Below, piece after piece: positions 1 through 13,293 of a stretch of DNA of 64,000 nucleotides (its first letter is position 1; the number at the start of each line of letters is the position of its first letter). Origin of the DNA: Azolla caroliniana. Taxonomy: Eukaryota > Plantae > Polypodiophyta. A program made the position numbers and the translations under genes. Location of the stretch: positions 3,534,001 through 3,598,000 of the forward strand of contig JBHGNT010000017.1 in NCBI GenBank assembly GCA_043228905.1, in the 5' to 3' direction. A model generated the notes under the pieces. That model was not told where the DNA came from, searched no databases, and saw only the letters and a list, made by a program, of their open reading frames with translations.

Positions 1-539
1 AAAGAAGTAATAAGACTGAGTTCTCTCGTATCATTTCCACATGAAGCTAGAAACATGATGTGGAACTGGTTAAATTTTTAAATCTGGACTCTATATCAAC
101 ATTGTGACGTTAGAAAGAATAAAAACTTACTTCGAGAAATCATACACATAAAGTTTGAGCACTCGCTCATCATCAACCATGACCCCTATAGAGAGTATGA
201 GCATATTTCACATAACCAAACTCAAACCAATAGTTTGGGATGTCATGAATTAATATCAGCGTGGATTGAACGCCAACTTGGAAAGGGTGTAATATCAGCT
301 CTCAATCATCAATAATATTATAGGAAATATTATCTCGCAACAATCAATGCTAGATTCAGCGCAAGAACACAGTGTGACCAGTTTAATAAGTTTCTAGAAT
401 GAATACTCCAATGAACTTTGAAGCAGACGAGTATTGAACTTCAAGACTTAAAGGCTCTACATAATAAGAGATTGTTAAAAAACATAAGCAAGTGATCACA
501 AAGATGTTACTTTTATGAGATGAAGAAATGATGATTCCA

Positions 540-960
540 ATGCCATATCAGTGAAACAAAGAGGGGCCCTATCCTCTATTGTCTTTATCTTGATGTTGAT
601 GAGGTGGAAACATCCATTGCACAATGCAGGGGAATGATAGACATTATAAGTGGTAAAATTATCTCCATTTTAGTACATTCATTTCACTTTACGTTCATCT
701 TATCTCAGACTCGGGACTCCACTGCCACTTGAATGCTGCACAACAGTTTTCCTGTGATTAGGATCTCACATTGGACCTCAAAAACATCAGAGTCATTTGG
801 AGTATAGGTCACCTGCATGGGGGAAATAATGGACATTGTATATCAAATGAATATTTGGGAGTCAACTTGTGTGACAAAACCTAGGATGAGGAGATTAAGT
901 GTCTCCACATTGAGTTCCAAGAACAATCAGAGAAGATTTGGTGGTTTGATGCCAAATGTA
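540..960 (+). mobile_element. Highly decayed non-LTR retrotransposon RT fragment inside ILA intron 1
   Basis: Broken-frame translation resembles LINE RT motifs (VKQ.G.LS..LF.L..D near 550-600; GE.MDIV...YLGV near 817-865). Many stops and frameshifts. Confidence 0.4.
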
Positions 961-1450
961 TTAACACAATCAATTAATGGCACGCTACTCACGTCACTTC
1001 TATCCTTGCACCAGCATGCCTTTAAATTGGTGACCTTGTTTTGAAACAGTTAATGGCATATCATCCAAATTACTTCCAATCAATCAATTGATGATCGTTT
1101 CACAGTTCATTTGATCACTTCTGGACAAGCAAATCTTTCAATGATGAAGCTTGTTTGAAACTGTTAATAACATGTTGTCCCAGTGGCTTCTATCTAATCT
1201 AATGCTCTTAAATTTGAGAGGTTTATTTTCAGCTAGTTATTGACAAGTAATTAAAATCACTTCTATCCAAGCAAATGCTTTTCAATTGTTGAGTTTGATT
1301 TTGGAATAGTAAATGTCAACTCCATTTAATCTACAGGGAAATAATTTTGAATTGATGGGCCATATATGAAATAATTAATGGCATGTTATTCAAAATGCTT
1401 CTATGATCTATCACAATTCCAATACAGCGAGCTTGTTTGAAACCCAGTGA
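960..1450. repeat. Degenerate ~60-bp tandem repeat
   Basis: Recurrent blocks cacttctatcc..aatgc(t)tt..aattg and ttgtttgaaac.gttaatggcat at roughly 60/120-bp spacing. Confidence 0.55.
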
Positions 1451-1510
1451 ACCAAATCATCAAAAAAAGGCTTCATTTTCTTTTGCCAAAGTGATGCAAT
1501 GCGTCCTTAC

Positions 1511-1616
1511 CTGGATTATCTAGAAGGGAAGCAACAGAATCCCTAAAGATGGAAATGCGAAGCTTGGTGGAAGGAGTGCCGACTTTCTGAAATGCATCTT
1601 GCAGGGCTTGAGCCAT
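1511..1616 (-). CDS. ILA: First coding exon of ILITYHIA/GCN1-like translational activator (gene continues off the left edge)
   Basis: The minus strand from ATG 1616 gives MAQALQDAFQKVGTPSTKLRISIFRDSVASLLDNP+G, then a GTAAG donor at 1510. There is an in-frame stop upstream. It resembles the plant GCN1 N-terminus (V.T.ST..R..IFR.D). Confidence 0.7.
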
Positions 1617-1952
1617 GGGAGCTTCTAACACTGCAGAGGTTGAGAAGGACCTGAGAAAGGTCTGCAGGGATGGGGGAGAAAAGGAGAAACCTTCTGATGC
1701 TGCTGCGTCTTCTTCTTCCTCCTCCTATTTTGATCAGAAGGAGAAAGGATGTTGTTGACAGAGATCGTCGTGGTCGTCGTCTCTGCTGCTGTGGTCGGAT
1801 TTCTACGGACCTTGATGCTGCAGCAGTGGATTCATCTCATAGCTTTCAATTTGTATCTCTGGATCTCTCTCTCTCTCTCTCTCTCTCTCAGTACCACCAC
1901 CAAGGGTTTTTGGTAACCAAATGGAACACTTTCCTTAACAACCCACACTCTT

Positions 1953-2348
1953 GACATGGACATGATGGACGTGGACGTGGACATGATGGACGTGGACATG
2001 GACCTGATGGACGTGGACATGGACATGATGGACGTGGACATGGACATGATGGACGTGGACGTGGACATGGACGTGGACGTGGACATGGACGTGGACGTGG
2101 ACATGGACGTGGACATGGACATGGACATGATGGACGTGGATATGATGGACGTGGACATGATGGATGTGGACGTGGACATGGACGTGGACATGATGGACGT
2201 GGACGTGGACAAGGACATGGACATGATGGACGTGGACATGGACAAGGACATGGACATGATGGACATGGACATGGACACATGAATGCATGGACATGGACAC
2301 ATGAATGCATGGACATGCACACAGACGGATGGATGGATGGATGGATGA
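1953..2348. repeat. GGACAT/GGACGT hexamer microsatellite with interspersed GAT, ending in (GGAT)n
   Basis: Directly visible; it produces the low-complexity ORFs in several frames. Confidence 0.97.
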
Positions 2349-2390
2349 ACCCATGTTCATCAATAACCTATTGTACCTTCTTATTCCCCA

Positions 2391-2747
2391 AAATATCAGA
2401 GGTGTTGTTCGTGGAGACTAGGCTCTTCAATTAGTGGTGAAAAGGGGTGTCACTTACATTGCACACGGCGTTTGATGCATGTTTTCGGCTCAAGTTCACA
2501 TTTGGGTTCGAGACGTTCATAAGTTAATGATATACATGAGAAACATTTCTCCTTCCTATCTTGTATAAATATCAGAGGTGTTGTTCGTGGAGACTAGGCT
2601 CTTCAATTAGTGGTGAAAAGGGGTGTCACTTACATTGCACACGGCGTTTGATGCATGTTTTCGGCTCAAGTTCACATTTGGGTTCGAGACGTTCATAAGT
2701 TAATGATATACATGAGAAACATTTCTCCTTCCTATCTTGTATAAATA
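2391..2747. repeat. Near-perfect 176-bp tandem duplication (2 copies)
   Basis: aaatatcagaggtgttgttcgtgg... starts at both 2391 and 2567, and the copies match through ...cttgtataaata. Confidence 0.95.
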
Positions 2748-4799
2748 GTGTTTGCTTTGTTTAGTGTTGGAGTAAACAAGGTTATATAGATCCCATTTCT
2801 CAAAGGATTTTCGGCTCAAGTTTATTGTCCCATCATCTAGCTAAAGTGGGTATGCTGCCATTTGATATGATTAAAATGTGATGATGTATTTTGGATGGTC
2901 TAAGGACAATCCCATGCACTAATTCTTTACTTGCATAGAGGTTGCCATTTGCTACATCTTTGACATGATGTCGTATTTCGGATGGTCAATGAGAATCCCA
3001 TGCACTAAATTTGTATGTGCATAGTTGCTAAAGTTGTGTGGGTTGATTTATCGCAACTCTCAACATTGTTAACTATGGTATTCATTAAAACCCTTTCATA
3101 TGTTTTTCAATCCAAATATTAAAGCTTTGACTACCTTATGTGTGAGTGTCCATGGCATGTATGGGGTATGAGAAACGAGTTCTTGATTGATGGTCTCCAT
3201 ACAAAACCGCGAGAAGCACATATGCTAAAGGACATCTTTCATTTGGTATTTCTCGCATTTGAGCTTTGTGAAAACGTTTTCATGAGGGGAATGTTACCTC
3301 GTGAGTGATAAGGGATGTCTCTAATCGATGACCCTAAGAAAACAATTGACGAAACTAATCATTTCTACGAAGAAAGGAAAGTGTATGCGAACGTTCCCTC
3401 TAACTTAGTTACTACCTAGCTCAAGAAGTCACCTTGATGATACTTTGGATAAAATACGCTCAATCTCTACACAAGGTTGCTCAACACTCAAACTAGTTGT
3501 TGAATAATTAACAAAAAACAATTAAGTCCACACAAAGGTGACATGCCTCCCATACAAATAGACACATAATTAATAATTTATTAAAGTGGAGAGACTTGCA
3601 CTATAGCATAATAGAATATAATATGTACTCAATTACACATATTCATGCAAGGACTCTCGTCACTCGTGCTAATATCAAACCATTTCTTGCCCCTCAATAA
3701 GTAAATAGGTGTCTTTTGGTCATTCATATGTGACCCATAATGGAGTCGTTGCATGAAGTTTAGGCTCAAGTACTTTTATAATTACAAAACCACCCTATCT
3801 ACTTGGTTTTTACATTACCCTGGTCAAACAGCAACCACACGTGCACTCATGGGATTCACAAACACATCATCAACCATTTTATTTAGAAAGTATATGGTGC
3901 CAACAATGTATTTGATATGAATTATGAGTGTAACATCATTACTCACTATAACTAGGTTTCATTGGTCACCAAGAGTGACAACACACCAACCACAAGGGTA
4001 TTCAACTCGAGTGGGAAGGTCATCGAATCATGGTTTGCTCTACCTTTTCAATTGAATTGAGCTCAAGCTATAGTTTGTTTAGTAGTGAGCTCCATGTACA
4101 CAACATATTGGTACCAAATCATCTTCCGAATTATAATGATATTAGACCACGAAACTATAATATCATTATAATGATATTATAGTTTGCTCTATGTGCCCAG
4201 CTTTGATCTTGAGCCAATAAGTACACCACTTTGTAAACAACCTTGTGGTTATCTTGATATGGCCATACTACTTGAAGGTCATCAACTTTAACATCCTACA
4301 TTTGTTGTTCTTACAAAATATCACAACCATCACACAAATCGTCCTCACTAATGAGGTGGGTGTATTGGTTGGTAGAGTTAAGTTATTGAGTGAATTTGGT
4401 ATTGAGACAATTGTTGTGGGTTGAATGGGTATATTTTACTTTAATTCGGTCTACTTACTAGTAAGAGATTCTAAAATGTGGTTTTATAGTCATTGTTAAC
4501 ACTTGAGCTCAATCATTGGGCTTTAGTCTCAAGTTTCAAAGCTTCTATTCTTTTACGCGAGTGAGATACGTGTTGTATTTAATGAATTAATGACAATATA
4601 TGGAAAGCAAAGTTATTGTGGTTGAATGAAACACATTGTACCAATGGGTGACTATGACTCAAACTCGTTTACAACAAAATAAGTACAATTTAAAAAAAAA
4701 AAATCCCTAAAAAGATATGACTTGGTATTATGAAATCATAAGAAATACAAAAGTTGTGTTGGATAAACAAATATACCAACCGATTCCCTTATACTCTCA

Positions 4800-6960
4800 T
4801 TATAGCCTATTTGTTGAGCATAGCCAACAATAAGGGCTAATCAAGCAAACACATATCGAAGATGAAGGTATTCCAGTACTTTTCTTGCTTTCTCAAGCAT
4901 ACCACAGGTAACATACATATGAACCCTTTCAAGAATGCTTACGGTGCTGTTCATTGTGGATTTTTTTTAAAAAACCGCTTTATAATTTGGATTGGGATCC
5001 AACTGATTATCAATGGAAAAAATCGAATGCTAGTGGAAATGGTAAACACTTGGAGTTTTTCCAGTATTCAATTAAGCTAGGTAGAAATTTATTATTGCAA
5101 TCAAAGTATAAATGCCATGTTGCCATGAAGCATTGGACTACAAATAATGTGAATGCATTACAACTTACAAAAATTTGGAAATGGTTGTGGAGTATGCAGT
5201 TGCCGAAAAAAGTGATTGGTTTTCGTTGGTTGTTAATGCATTATGCTCTTCCTGTTGGTGATTGGTTGAGGCAAAATCAGCAATATGCTTGTGGAATGCA
5301 TTGTGGTGCATCTATGAAATCTATTTTGCATTTGTTTTGGTTATGTCCCAAAATCAAGCAATTTTGGAGTAAGTTGTTTTTATTACTGAGACACCATTAT
5401 GCTCGTTCTATCTTCTCGTGGAGTGCAGTATTATGGGGTGTCCTTCATGGAGATGTTATGAAGTATGAAAGTATGCATGCTTCTCATGTTTTTCACTTTT
5501 CCAATGGGTACATTTATCTCACTTCATTTCCATCTTTTATTCCACGGTTTAGAATTGAAAATTTGGTTATTTGGCGTACTATTACGTCATTAACGCTTTG
5601 GACAATATGGAAAATGAGATGCAAGGTTGTTTTTAATAATGCTCACATACATCTCAATACTATGCTTATTGAATTCTGGTTGTTATTTGTCCATACCATA
5701 CGTGGACAGTATGATGATATGCAGGGTTCAACTAATGCTCAAAGGCAACGTCAAGTGGACTTTAAGAAAAGGTGGTGAGGGCTTCACTTATTTTCAGATA
5801 CGACTTCTGGTATGAAGTGGAATTATGCTATACCTTCTTTTTTATTGCATAACTTGTAGATTGTGCTCCATTTGTTCCTTATATGATATCATCAGTTTGA
5901 TCAGATGTTGGTATTAGCTTTTGTATTACAATAGAGGTGAGATGAAATGTCTCCTTTTGTTTTCTATATGTACATTTCTCAAGTAATATACTAAGGTGTA
6001 TCTTTCTTTAAAATAAAATAAAACATACATATATATGAACCAAAGCAGTGGCAAGAAAACATTATTCTCCAACAATTTCCTTTTCATGACCTCATCATGA
6101 ATCTAGAGCAAGACCTTCACTTTGCATTCGTTCGTAGATTCTCAATGCTTTGTTATTTTGTTCATTTTGCACACATCCGTCGATCATAATATTCCAAGAA
6201 ACTACATCTTGGACTGGAAGCTCTTCAAGTACATCTTGCGCTTTAATAATCAAACCACATTTGGCATACATATCCACTAGTGCATTTCCAAGTGTGATAT
6301 CTTTTAATGGAAAGCACTTAGAAACAATCTTTACATGAATTTTTATGCCCATTTCTATATCCCTTGCTATGTTACCTGCTTTAAAGATGCAAATAAAGTT
6401 GATGGTACAAGAAGAGATGCCCTTGTTTTGCATCGTTTCAAAGCTTTTAAAGCTTCATAAACTCGGCCTTCTTGTGCATAACCTGAAATTGACGCATTCC
6501 ACGATATAACATTTCGGGTTGGCACCTTTTCGAGCACTTTTTGTGCTTTCAAAAGAGCGCCACATTTAGCATACATGCTTATCAAATCGGTTGCTAGATA
6601 TGAGCTTTTTTCAAGCAATCCTTTTCGCACAATATATTCATGTATTCTATAACCTTCACAAAGATCCTTTCTTTGAGCACAAACTTTGAGAAATGCCACA
6701 ACATTGACGATACCTTATCGATGGCTGTTTTTTCCGAATTACTGCTTGATAAAACTCACATTGAAACATTATCATTCTAACAACATCTCTAAGAAGTGCT
6801 TCACTTGAATGCCAGAAACTAGTAATGTTTTAAGCTAAACTTCAAGCAATATGCTGTTGTTGTTTTTGAATTTCTGCTTTTCAAACTCTGACGGATGCCT
6901 CTCTTTCATAATCCATCTTGCAACTTGTGCAACAACTGCAACTTTCCAACACCATTCCTC
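4800..6960 (-). pseudogene. PLS-class PPR pseudogene split by a LINE insertion
   Basis: PPR motifs LISMYAKCGALLKAQKVL..VISWNA and LVDMYAKCG..VVSWN in ORFs 6367-6699 and 6095-6433, with a frameshift near 6440 and a stop at 6095. The motif resumes left of the LINE (MYVTCGMLEKARKVLEYLHLRYVFA*LALIVGYAQQ at about 4820-4920). Confidence 0.9.
4926..6021 (+). mobile_element. 5'-truncated L1-type LINE (ORF2 C-terminus with zf-RVT) with A-rich tail and TSD
   Basis: ORF 4954-5778 has W..LW....P.K...F.W.L.H.ALPV, C..C...S..HLFW.C and W.IWK.RC..VF. Tail is aaaataaaataaaa. TSD aacatacatatgaacc (4910-4925) vs aacatacatatatatgaacc (6022-6041). Confidence 0.93.
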
Positions 6961-9067
6961 ATAGTCGATTTGATGTGTATATACAAGAACTACACCTATT
7001 TGTACACCATATCTCCAAGATTTTTATCGTCTACTCCTCCCAAATTGCAATTGAGCATGCAATGTAACCTATAACACCCAAAATCTGTAACAACAGAATG
7101 TCCATGAACAAAGTTAGTAGACATTGTTTCCCAAAATGACGGGAACAGTATACATCCAAATTATGTGATCTCCATCTTCCCTAAAAATGAGCATAGAGGT
7201 CCATATCCTTTTAAAATGCACTTGCTTCCTGAAAATGGCATCAACATTGCCTGTGAAACTTTCATATTGACCACGTAATGTATGAACAAGTAACAACCAG
7301 AATTCAACAATGATAATAGAAGCATCTTGAGTGGCATTGTCAAATATTGATGCGCATCGCGCCTTCCAAATTACCCACATTAGAATAGATGAAATTGTCT
7401 TCCAGATAATATCATCCCTAAATTGCAAACTGTCACTTATAAGAGGTTGAACCATTTGTATATGAGGAGGAACTATGTGAAAGGCTTCCACTATATCCTC
7501 ATTTTCATATAACAAGAGTTGTCCCTCTAGAATGCCCCACCTAACTGCACCCCAAGTGACCACACAATTAGCATGTATCAATATCAACAACCTTAATACT
7601 CTTTGCCATATTTGCATAATTTTGGGACAATACCACAATACATGCTTAATTTATTCTATCATACATCCATATCTAATTGCCGCAACCAAGCCCGAACCGG
7701 TAGTGCATAATGGATCAATAACCAATGAAAATGGACAATCTTCCTGGGAATCTGCATACTCCATAACCACTTCCAATATTTAGATGCATCCATTAAAGAG
7801 GCCCCATTTGCCAACCACACTTTCATAGCGGATGGTGGATGAAATTTCCTACTTAAGAGCAACTTTCGTCCCAACTTCATAGAATATTGAAAAAATTGAA
7901 AAAATTTAGTATGAGACGAAGGATTTGTATGTTTCCAAAGATAAACTGATGGATCCCAATGCAAGTCCAACAATGACATTTTTTTTAAAACCCATTGTTG
8001 ACAAAACAACATACTATCTGAAGGAGAAGGATCTAAAATCCATCTTTTACCCGATTTACCAAACACTCTCACCGGATATTGCAATGTTATTTGCCAAATT
8101 GACGATTCCACATCAATCTACCATAATCTTCCTTCCTCGAACACATCAAAATAGTAACAGTCTCCTTGAGATGTTTTTCCTTTTACTCCTATAATAACAC
8201 CAACCAAAACATGCTCAAAAGAAGGTGACCAATTAGAGAGAAAATTCCCTAAAGATAATTGAATTTCATCAAACATAAGTCTAAAACCCCTACACATGGT
8301 AGCATCTAGCTGTGAATTATTAAGATGAAAAACATAATTTCCCCAAGAGGCTATTGTGGCAGCTATACCATTATCCAACGTAGCCCACTGTAATCGCAGT
8401 CTACAGCCAAGGAATACACCCCTTTCATCAGAAAAAATAAAATTCCAAATCAAAGGTTGCCGCAATAGTTCTTCATTCGAAGAGGGGCATCTACGAATAA
8501 AAAAAAACTTAACAACATCCCATGCTTTACAAATGCCAACCATAAAACCATCTATCAAACCATGTATCGGTCTCGTCTTAAAATTTGACAAGAATGGCCA
8601 TCTTAGAGATGGTTTCCAACCCCCCCCCCCCCCGTAGACGGTTTAATATCAAGCAATCGGTTTAAAAGCAACTCTGACCATATACCTTGAGCAGGCAACA
8701 TAGCCCTAACAACAAATTTTGTCAAAAGAGCCTTACATTGGCTGTCTGGGTCTACCAACCCTAAACCACCATCAGAAAATTGCGTTGTAAGTGTCGACCA
8801 AGCTACCTTTGCAAGAGCATCATTATTACTTCGTCCTATCCAAATAAAGTTTCGAACTAGTCGTTGAAACAGTAACAAACAAGATCTAGAGAGCAAACAT
8901 GTAGATGCAATATACCACATCGATGAAAGGAGAACTTGATTAGCTATCATTACTCTGCCTGCTAAAGACAACTCTGTAATGTCCCAAATCAACAAATTTT
9001 TCCTAAGTGATAACATTAGAGGAGCTAACAATCGCTCCTTATGCATATTTATACCAACCTGACATCC

Positions 9068-9544
9068 TGTTGAGAATCGCGGAAGATAGCTCGGCCACAA
9101 CTGAGTCTTGAATCACAGAAATGGGAATGGATGAGAGAGTACATAGAAATGACACAGGGAGTTTACGTGGAAAACCCTAATAGGGAAAAACCACGGGAGC
9201 TCACAAACTCCAACTATCACTATATGAGAGGAAATACAAAGTGGAGGCATAGAGGCAACGACCTCGAGCTCGCGATCTTCGCCATAGGGCGGTTACAACA
9301 GAGAGTGCTCGTAGCTACTCTCTCTCTCTCTGTGTATCTCTGTACAACAGTTACAACAATATAACAACAATACAACCCTTTTTCATAAGTGTTTGCCCTA
9401 GGTCATATTTATACTAATATGCCTTTAGGGCTATTTACAAATATGTCTTCTACATCTGATTATCACCGGGTCTTCTACATCCAATTATGACCGGGTCTTC
9501 TACATCCATCACCGATCCCAACCGAAGAGACCGATTTCCCAACA
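9068..9544. mobile_element. Solo LTR (477 bp, copia-like) inserted in the LINE RT
   Basis: Termini TGTTG...CAACA with flanks CATCC/CATCT (5-bp TSD, 1 mismatch). Internal gtttacgtggaaaacc...gggaaaaaccacgg motif. It interrupts the LINE YLG-C-QVG motif. Confidence 0.88.
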
Positions 9545-11351
9545 CATCTAAGTAACAAACTAAAACTACTTCTTGAATCCAACGAAAAAACTCAAATGGT
9601 CTCCATGATGGCAATGGCCGCATAGAAACCCAAAAACCCACTGATTTACACCAATTAACTTATGCACCTGAGGCAACACAAAATGTTTCCAATGCAGCTT
9701 GTGCTTTATACAAATTACCTTCTTTAGCGCGCATGGATAGTGATGTATCATCTGAAAACGCCACATCTAAAATCATCTTGTTAGAGATTAGTGCGACCAG
9801 CCCTTGGATCCCACCACCTGCGGAATTTAAAAATGCTGAAAATACCTCCGTAACAATAAGAAATAAGAAAGGGGCTAACAGACACCCTTGGCGAACAGAT
9901 CGTGACATTTGAAACCTTCGTCCTCTACCTCGTGCTATTAAGATAGAACTATAAGTTAATCTATACAAAGTTGACACTGCAATAATCCCCCAATAATCCA
10001 AGCTTCTGGAAACCCTAATCTTCTCACCGCCTCTTCTAAAAAGTCCCAATTCACTCTATCATAGGACTCTTCAAAATCTAACAATAAAATTACTAATTCC
10101 TCTTTCTTTGCCGTAGCTGAGGCAGACAACTCCCAAAACAAAAAAATATTATCAAATATACTCCTATCTTGCATGAAACCCATCTGAGAAGTATGAATAA
10201 TATTAGGCAATAAAGGTTGCAAACGCAATGCCAATACCTTAGCATAAATTTTGTAAACTGTATCGAGTAATGTGATCGGCCGCCATGCCCTAATGTCCTC
10301 CGAGGCTCCATCCCCTTTGGGGATAAGATAAATCAGCCCCTCCTTCCATTCCTCTAGCATAGCTCCCGAATAAAAAATTATCTGAAAAGCACTAGTTAAA
10401 TCATCAACTATAATGTCCCAATACCGTAAGAAAACATCTCTTATTAGTCCATCCTCTCCCGGGCAAACCTCGGAACCCAAAGATTTTAATGCTTGTAGAA
10501 CCTCAGAAGAAGAAAAAGGTATAAAAGAGTTTGATCCATTCGATCTGTAACACATGGCTTTGTTGTACCAAAAACTATACCCCTCATTACAAATACATTT
10601 TGACTCACCTTATCAGCAGACAACAATTGTTCATAATACCATGATGCCAACTCTTGCATTTCATCTGGATCGGTTGCGAGAGTACCATCATTCCTCTTTA
10701 ATGCACCCATCTGAAACTTCTGCGATCTTGGAGTAACTACATAAAAAAATAATTTCAATATTTTATCCCCTTTTTGAGACCATTTTTGCCGCAAATGCAG
10801 AGTATTTAAAATCAGCCATTTTAGATTGCATAAAAAAAATCTCATCTCTTAACTTCCGTAAGTTGTTTTCAAGATAAATTGAGTTGATATCTCTTCCTTA
10901 CAAGCATTGAATCGAGGCTAGCCCTTTTCTTGCATTTGCTAACCGACAGATAAGAAAAAAATTCTTATCATTAGCCTTGCCTAAAAGCAGTTTCTTAAGC
11001 TGAAATAAAGCGACGAAAACCTTAGTTAACTTGTCAGGAGCAAAGACACTAGACCAAAGGGAAGCAACACTCTCTGCAATAGAATCATCCTTCAGAATCC
11101 ACTTTGGAATCTTAGCATGATCATGAAATACAATCACTAGCAATTTCAAAGTTAGCTTTACTGGTGCATGATCCGAAAAGTTTGTACCCGACACTATCCC
11201 TAGAGATCCACCTAACTCCCAAAAAAATTGATCCGTGTAAAACCTGCCAATCCTAGAGAGATTAGCATCCACTACCCGCCTGTTCGATTGAGAAAATTGC
11301 AAAGAGTCTACCCTTCTTGCAAAAGACTGCATAAACCTTAAATCCTGCAAG

Positions 11352-13293
11352 CAAGGTTGTTAGGTACGGTACGGATACCATACGTATATAATGTATTAAT
11401 ACGTGTATAGTACCTCCCAATTTAAAAATACGTTAAATACGTTTTCTTAATATGTTAAATACTTATAAAATACGTATTTTACGTATAGTATGTTAAATAC
11501 TTCTAGAATTTGAAAATTATTTACCTTTCTAAAAAATATCTATAATATTGTAAAAAACATCTATGTTTACACAAATTTGTGATGTACAATATAGTTCTAC
11601 ATCCTAAAATGCATATAAGACATTTGAACATTTCACATCCTAAAATACTTGTAGTAATATGGATGTCGACATTCCCTTATTCTATAAATCAGTGTAAGTG
11701 TGTATCACGATGTTCTATTTCAAATTGTAATTATTTACAATTATGCCTTCATAGATTGAGGAATCGTGATAGGTCACACTCATGATAGGTTTTTCTTTTC
11801 CTCGTTTTCTTCTTCTTCTTCTTCTTCTATCTTCTGCGATTATCACACTTAGAGTCAAGACAGGTTTATGTCTTCTTTTCTCTCTTCTTCTTCTTCTTCA
11901 TCTTCTTCATCATCGTCTCTTCTATTCTTCTTTCTTCCTTCCTTTGGCTTCTTTTTCACTAAAATCTTTTTTTTCTTTTGGTTTTTGTTGGGGTTTTACT
12001 TACATTTTCTTTATAAATACATATTATACCTGTTTTTTATAAATACGTTGTCGTGAAGATTTTTGGCAATAGTGTGAAAATCCCATAAAACGTACGAAAT
12101 CGAGTATGAATCACATAGTACAATAATTGTGAAGATAACATTTTAAATAGATTTAATATCTAAGTACAAAATGATGGAGGTTTCGAATGCACTTTATTAC
12201 ACGAGAAACAAACAACTAAATGTCAAGATATGAGGGTATAAAGTTTGTAAAAGGAAAGGAGAAAATTGTGAGATATCCCACATAGGCACGACAAATACAG
12301 CTCTCATCATATATAAGGTGGAGCAAAAGATATTATATTTGTGTCTATGTGTGGAGCATAGAGAGTTCAAGGTAACTTGAACTAAGAGTGGAGGTGGGCT
12401 AGCTACTTGTAAAGGGTTTTGGCCAACCAAAACCGGACCCGGCAATCCGGCGACGGTGATCCGACGGCAATCCGGCGAGGCACCGGTTGCGGCACCGGCA
12501 TCTGGCGATGGCATCCGACGACGCACCGGTAACCGACGACATCCGACGACGACAACGGTAACCGATGACATCCGGCGACGGCAACGGTAACCGACGGCAT
12601 CCGACGACTAGATAAATAAATATATAAATATATATACATATTTACATATACAAGGAGGGCAAGTATATAAGGATTCAAACCTTGCACCTCCAAGTTAGGA
12701 GTCAATTGGCTTACCATTAAGCCATGCTCTTTAGTTAAAATTATATTTCTATCATTATACTTTTACATGTAAATTCTTATACATGAGAACTAAAATGAGT
12801 GACATGGTTATCATGCACCACATGTAATACATAAGCGCCAAATGGCAAACATGCAATTTATGCATGTCTTGTACCCTCACATGCATCTATAAAAGAGGGA
12901 AGGGGGAGGAGAAAAAACACGGTTTTTTTTTATGAAAATTAAGAAGAGGAAATTCGTTATCAAATTGATCGTGTAACTTATTTCTTAAATCTAAAGTTAA
13001 AAGTTCAATCAATCTTTCTCAATCGTTTAATCTCAACTTCTCTCTTTCCCAATCTATCTTAAGTACTTTCTTGCCAAAGCTTGTATCGACTTTGAATCCT
13101 TCCGGTCCAGAACCCCGGCGGTTCCGCCTCACGATCCGCGCGTAGTGACGGATCTTCACGACAACGTTAAATACCGTATTGGACAAATGTACATGATATT
13201 TGACTGGACAACATTGAGGTATAGTACGTACTATACAAATGATGAGGTATTGTACGTATTTAAACGTTAAATACGGGTACTTAAACAACCATG
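11352..13293. mobile_element. Non-autonomous hAT-like DNA transposon (~1.94 kb) inserted in the LINE endonuclease
   Basis: Imperfect TIRs CAAGGTTGTTAGGTAC / GTACTTAAACAACCATG, flanked by direct CTGCAAG. Subterminal AATACG/TACGT repeats at both ends. Removing it restores LINE ...KFNLQDLRF.... Confidence 0.88.
12668..12728 (-). other. tRNA-derived (Arg-CCT-like) fragment / SINE-like head within the hAT element
   Basis: Minus strand reads TGGCTTAATGGTAAGC (A box, D-arm), a CTCCTAA loop, and AAGG-TTTGAAT-CCTT (B box, T-arm). No acceptor stem. Confidence 0.55.

Noticed and set aside
1832-2363. Overlapping ORFs encoding poly-HV, poly-DM/DV, poly-CP/RP and poly-MS/TS peptides (metal-binding-like)
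   Set aside because: All are by-products of a stop-free hexamer microsatellite, with no independent evidence of coding.
3430-4700. Possible LTR/PBS (ttggtacca at about 4108) or fold-back element
   Set aside because: No paired LTR, TSD or clean inverted repeat could be established.
12197-12717. Arg/Pro-rich ORFs on the minus strand
   Set aside because: They derive from the GC-rich repeat block of the hAT-like element, with no recognisable domain.
12668-12728. Functional tRNA-Arg gene
   Set aside because: No acceptor stem, a poor anticodon stem, TTTG instead of TTCG in the T loop, and it lies inside a transposon.
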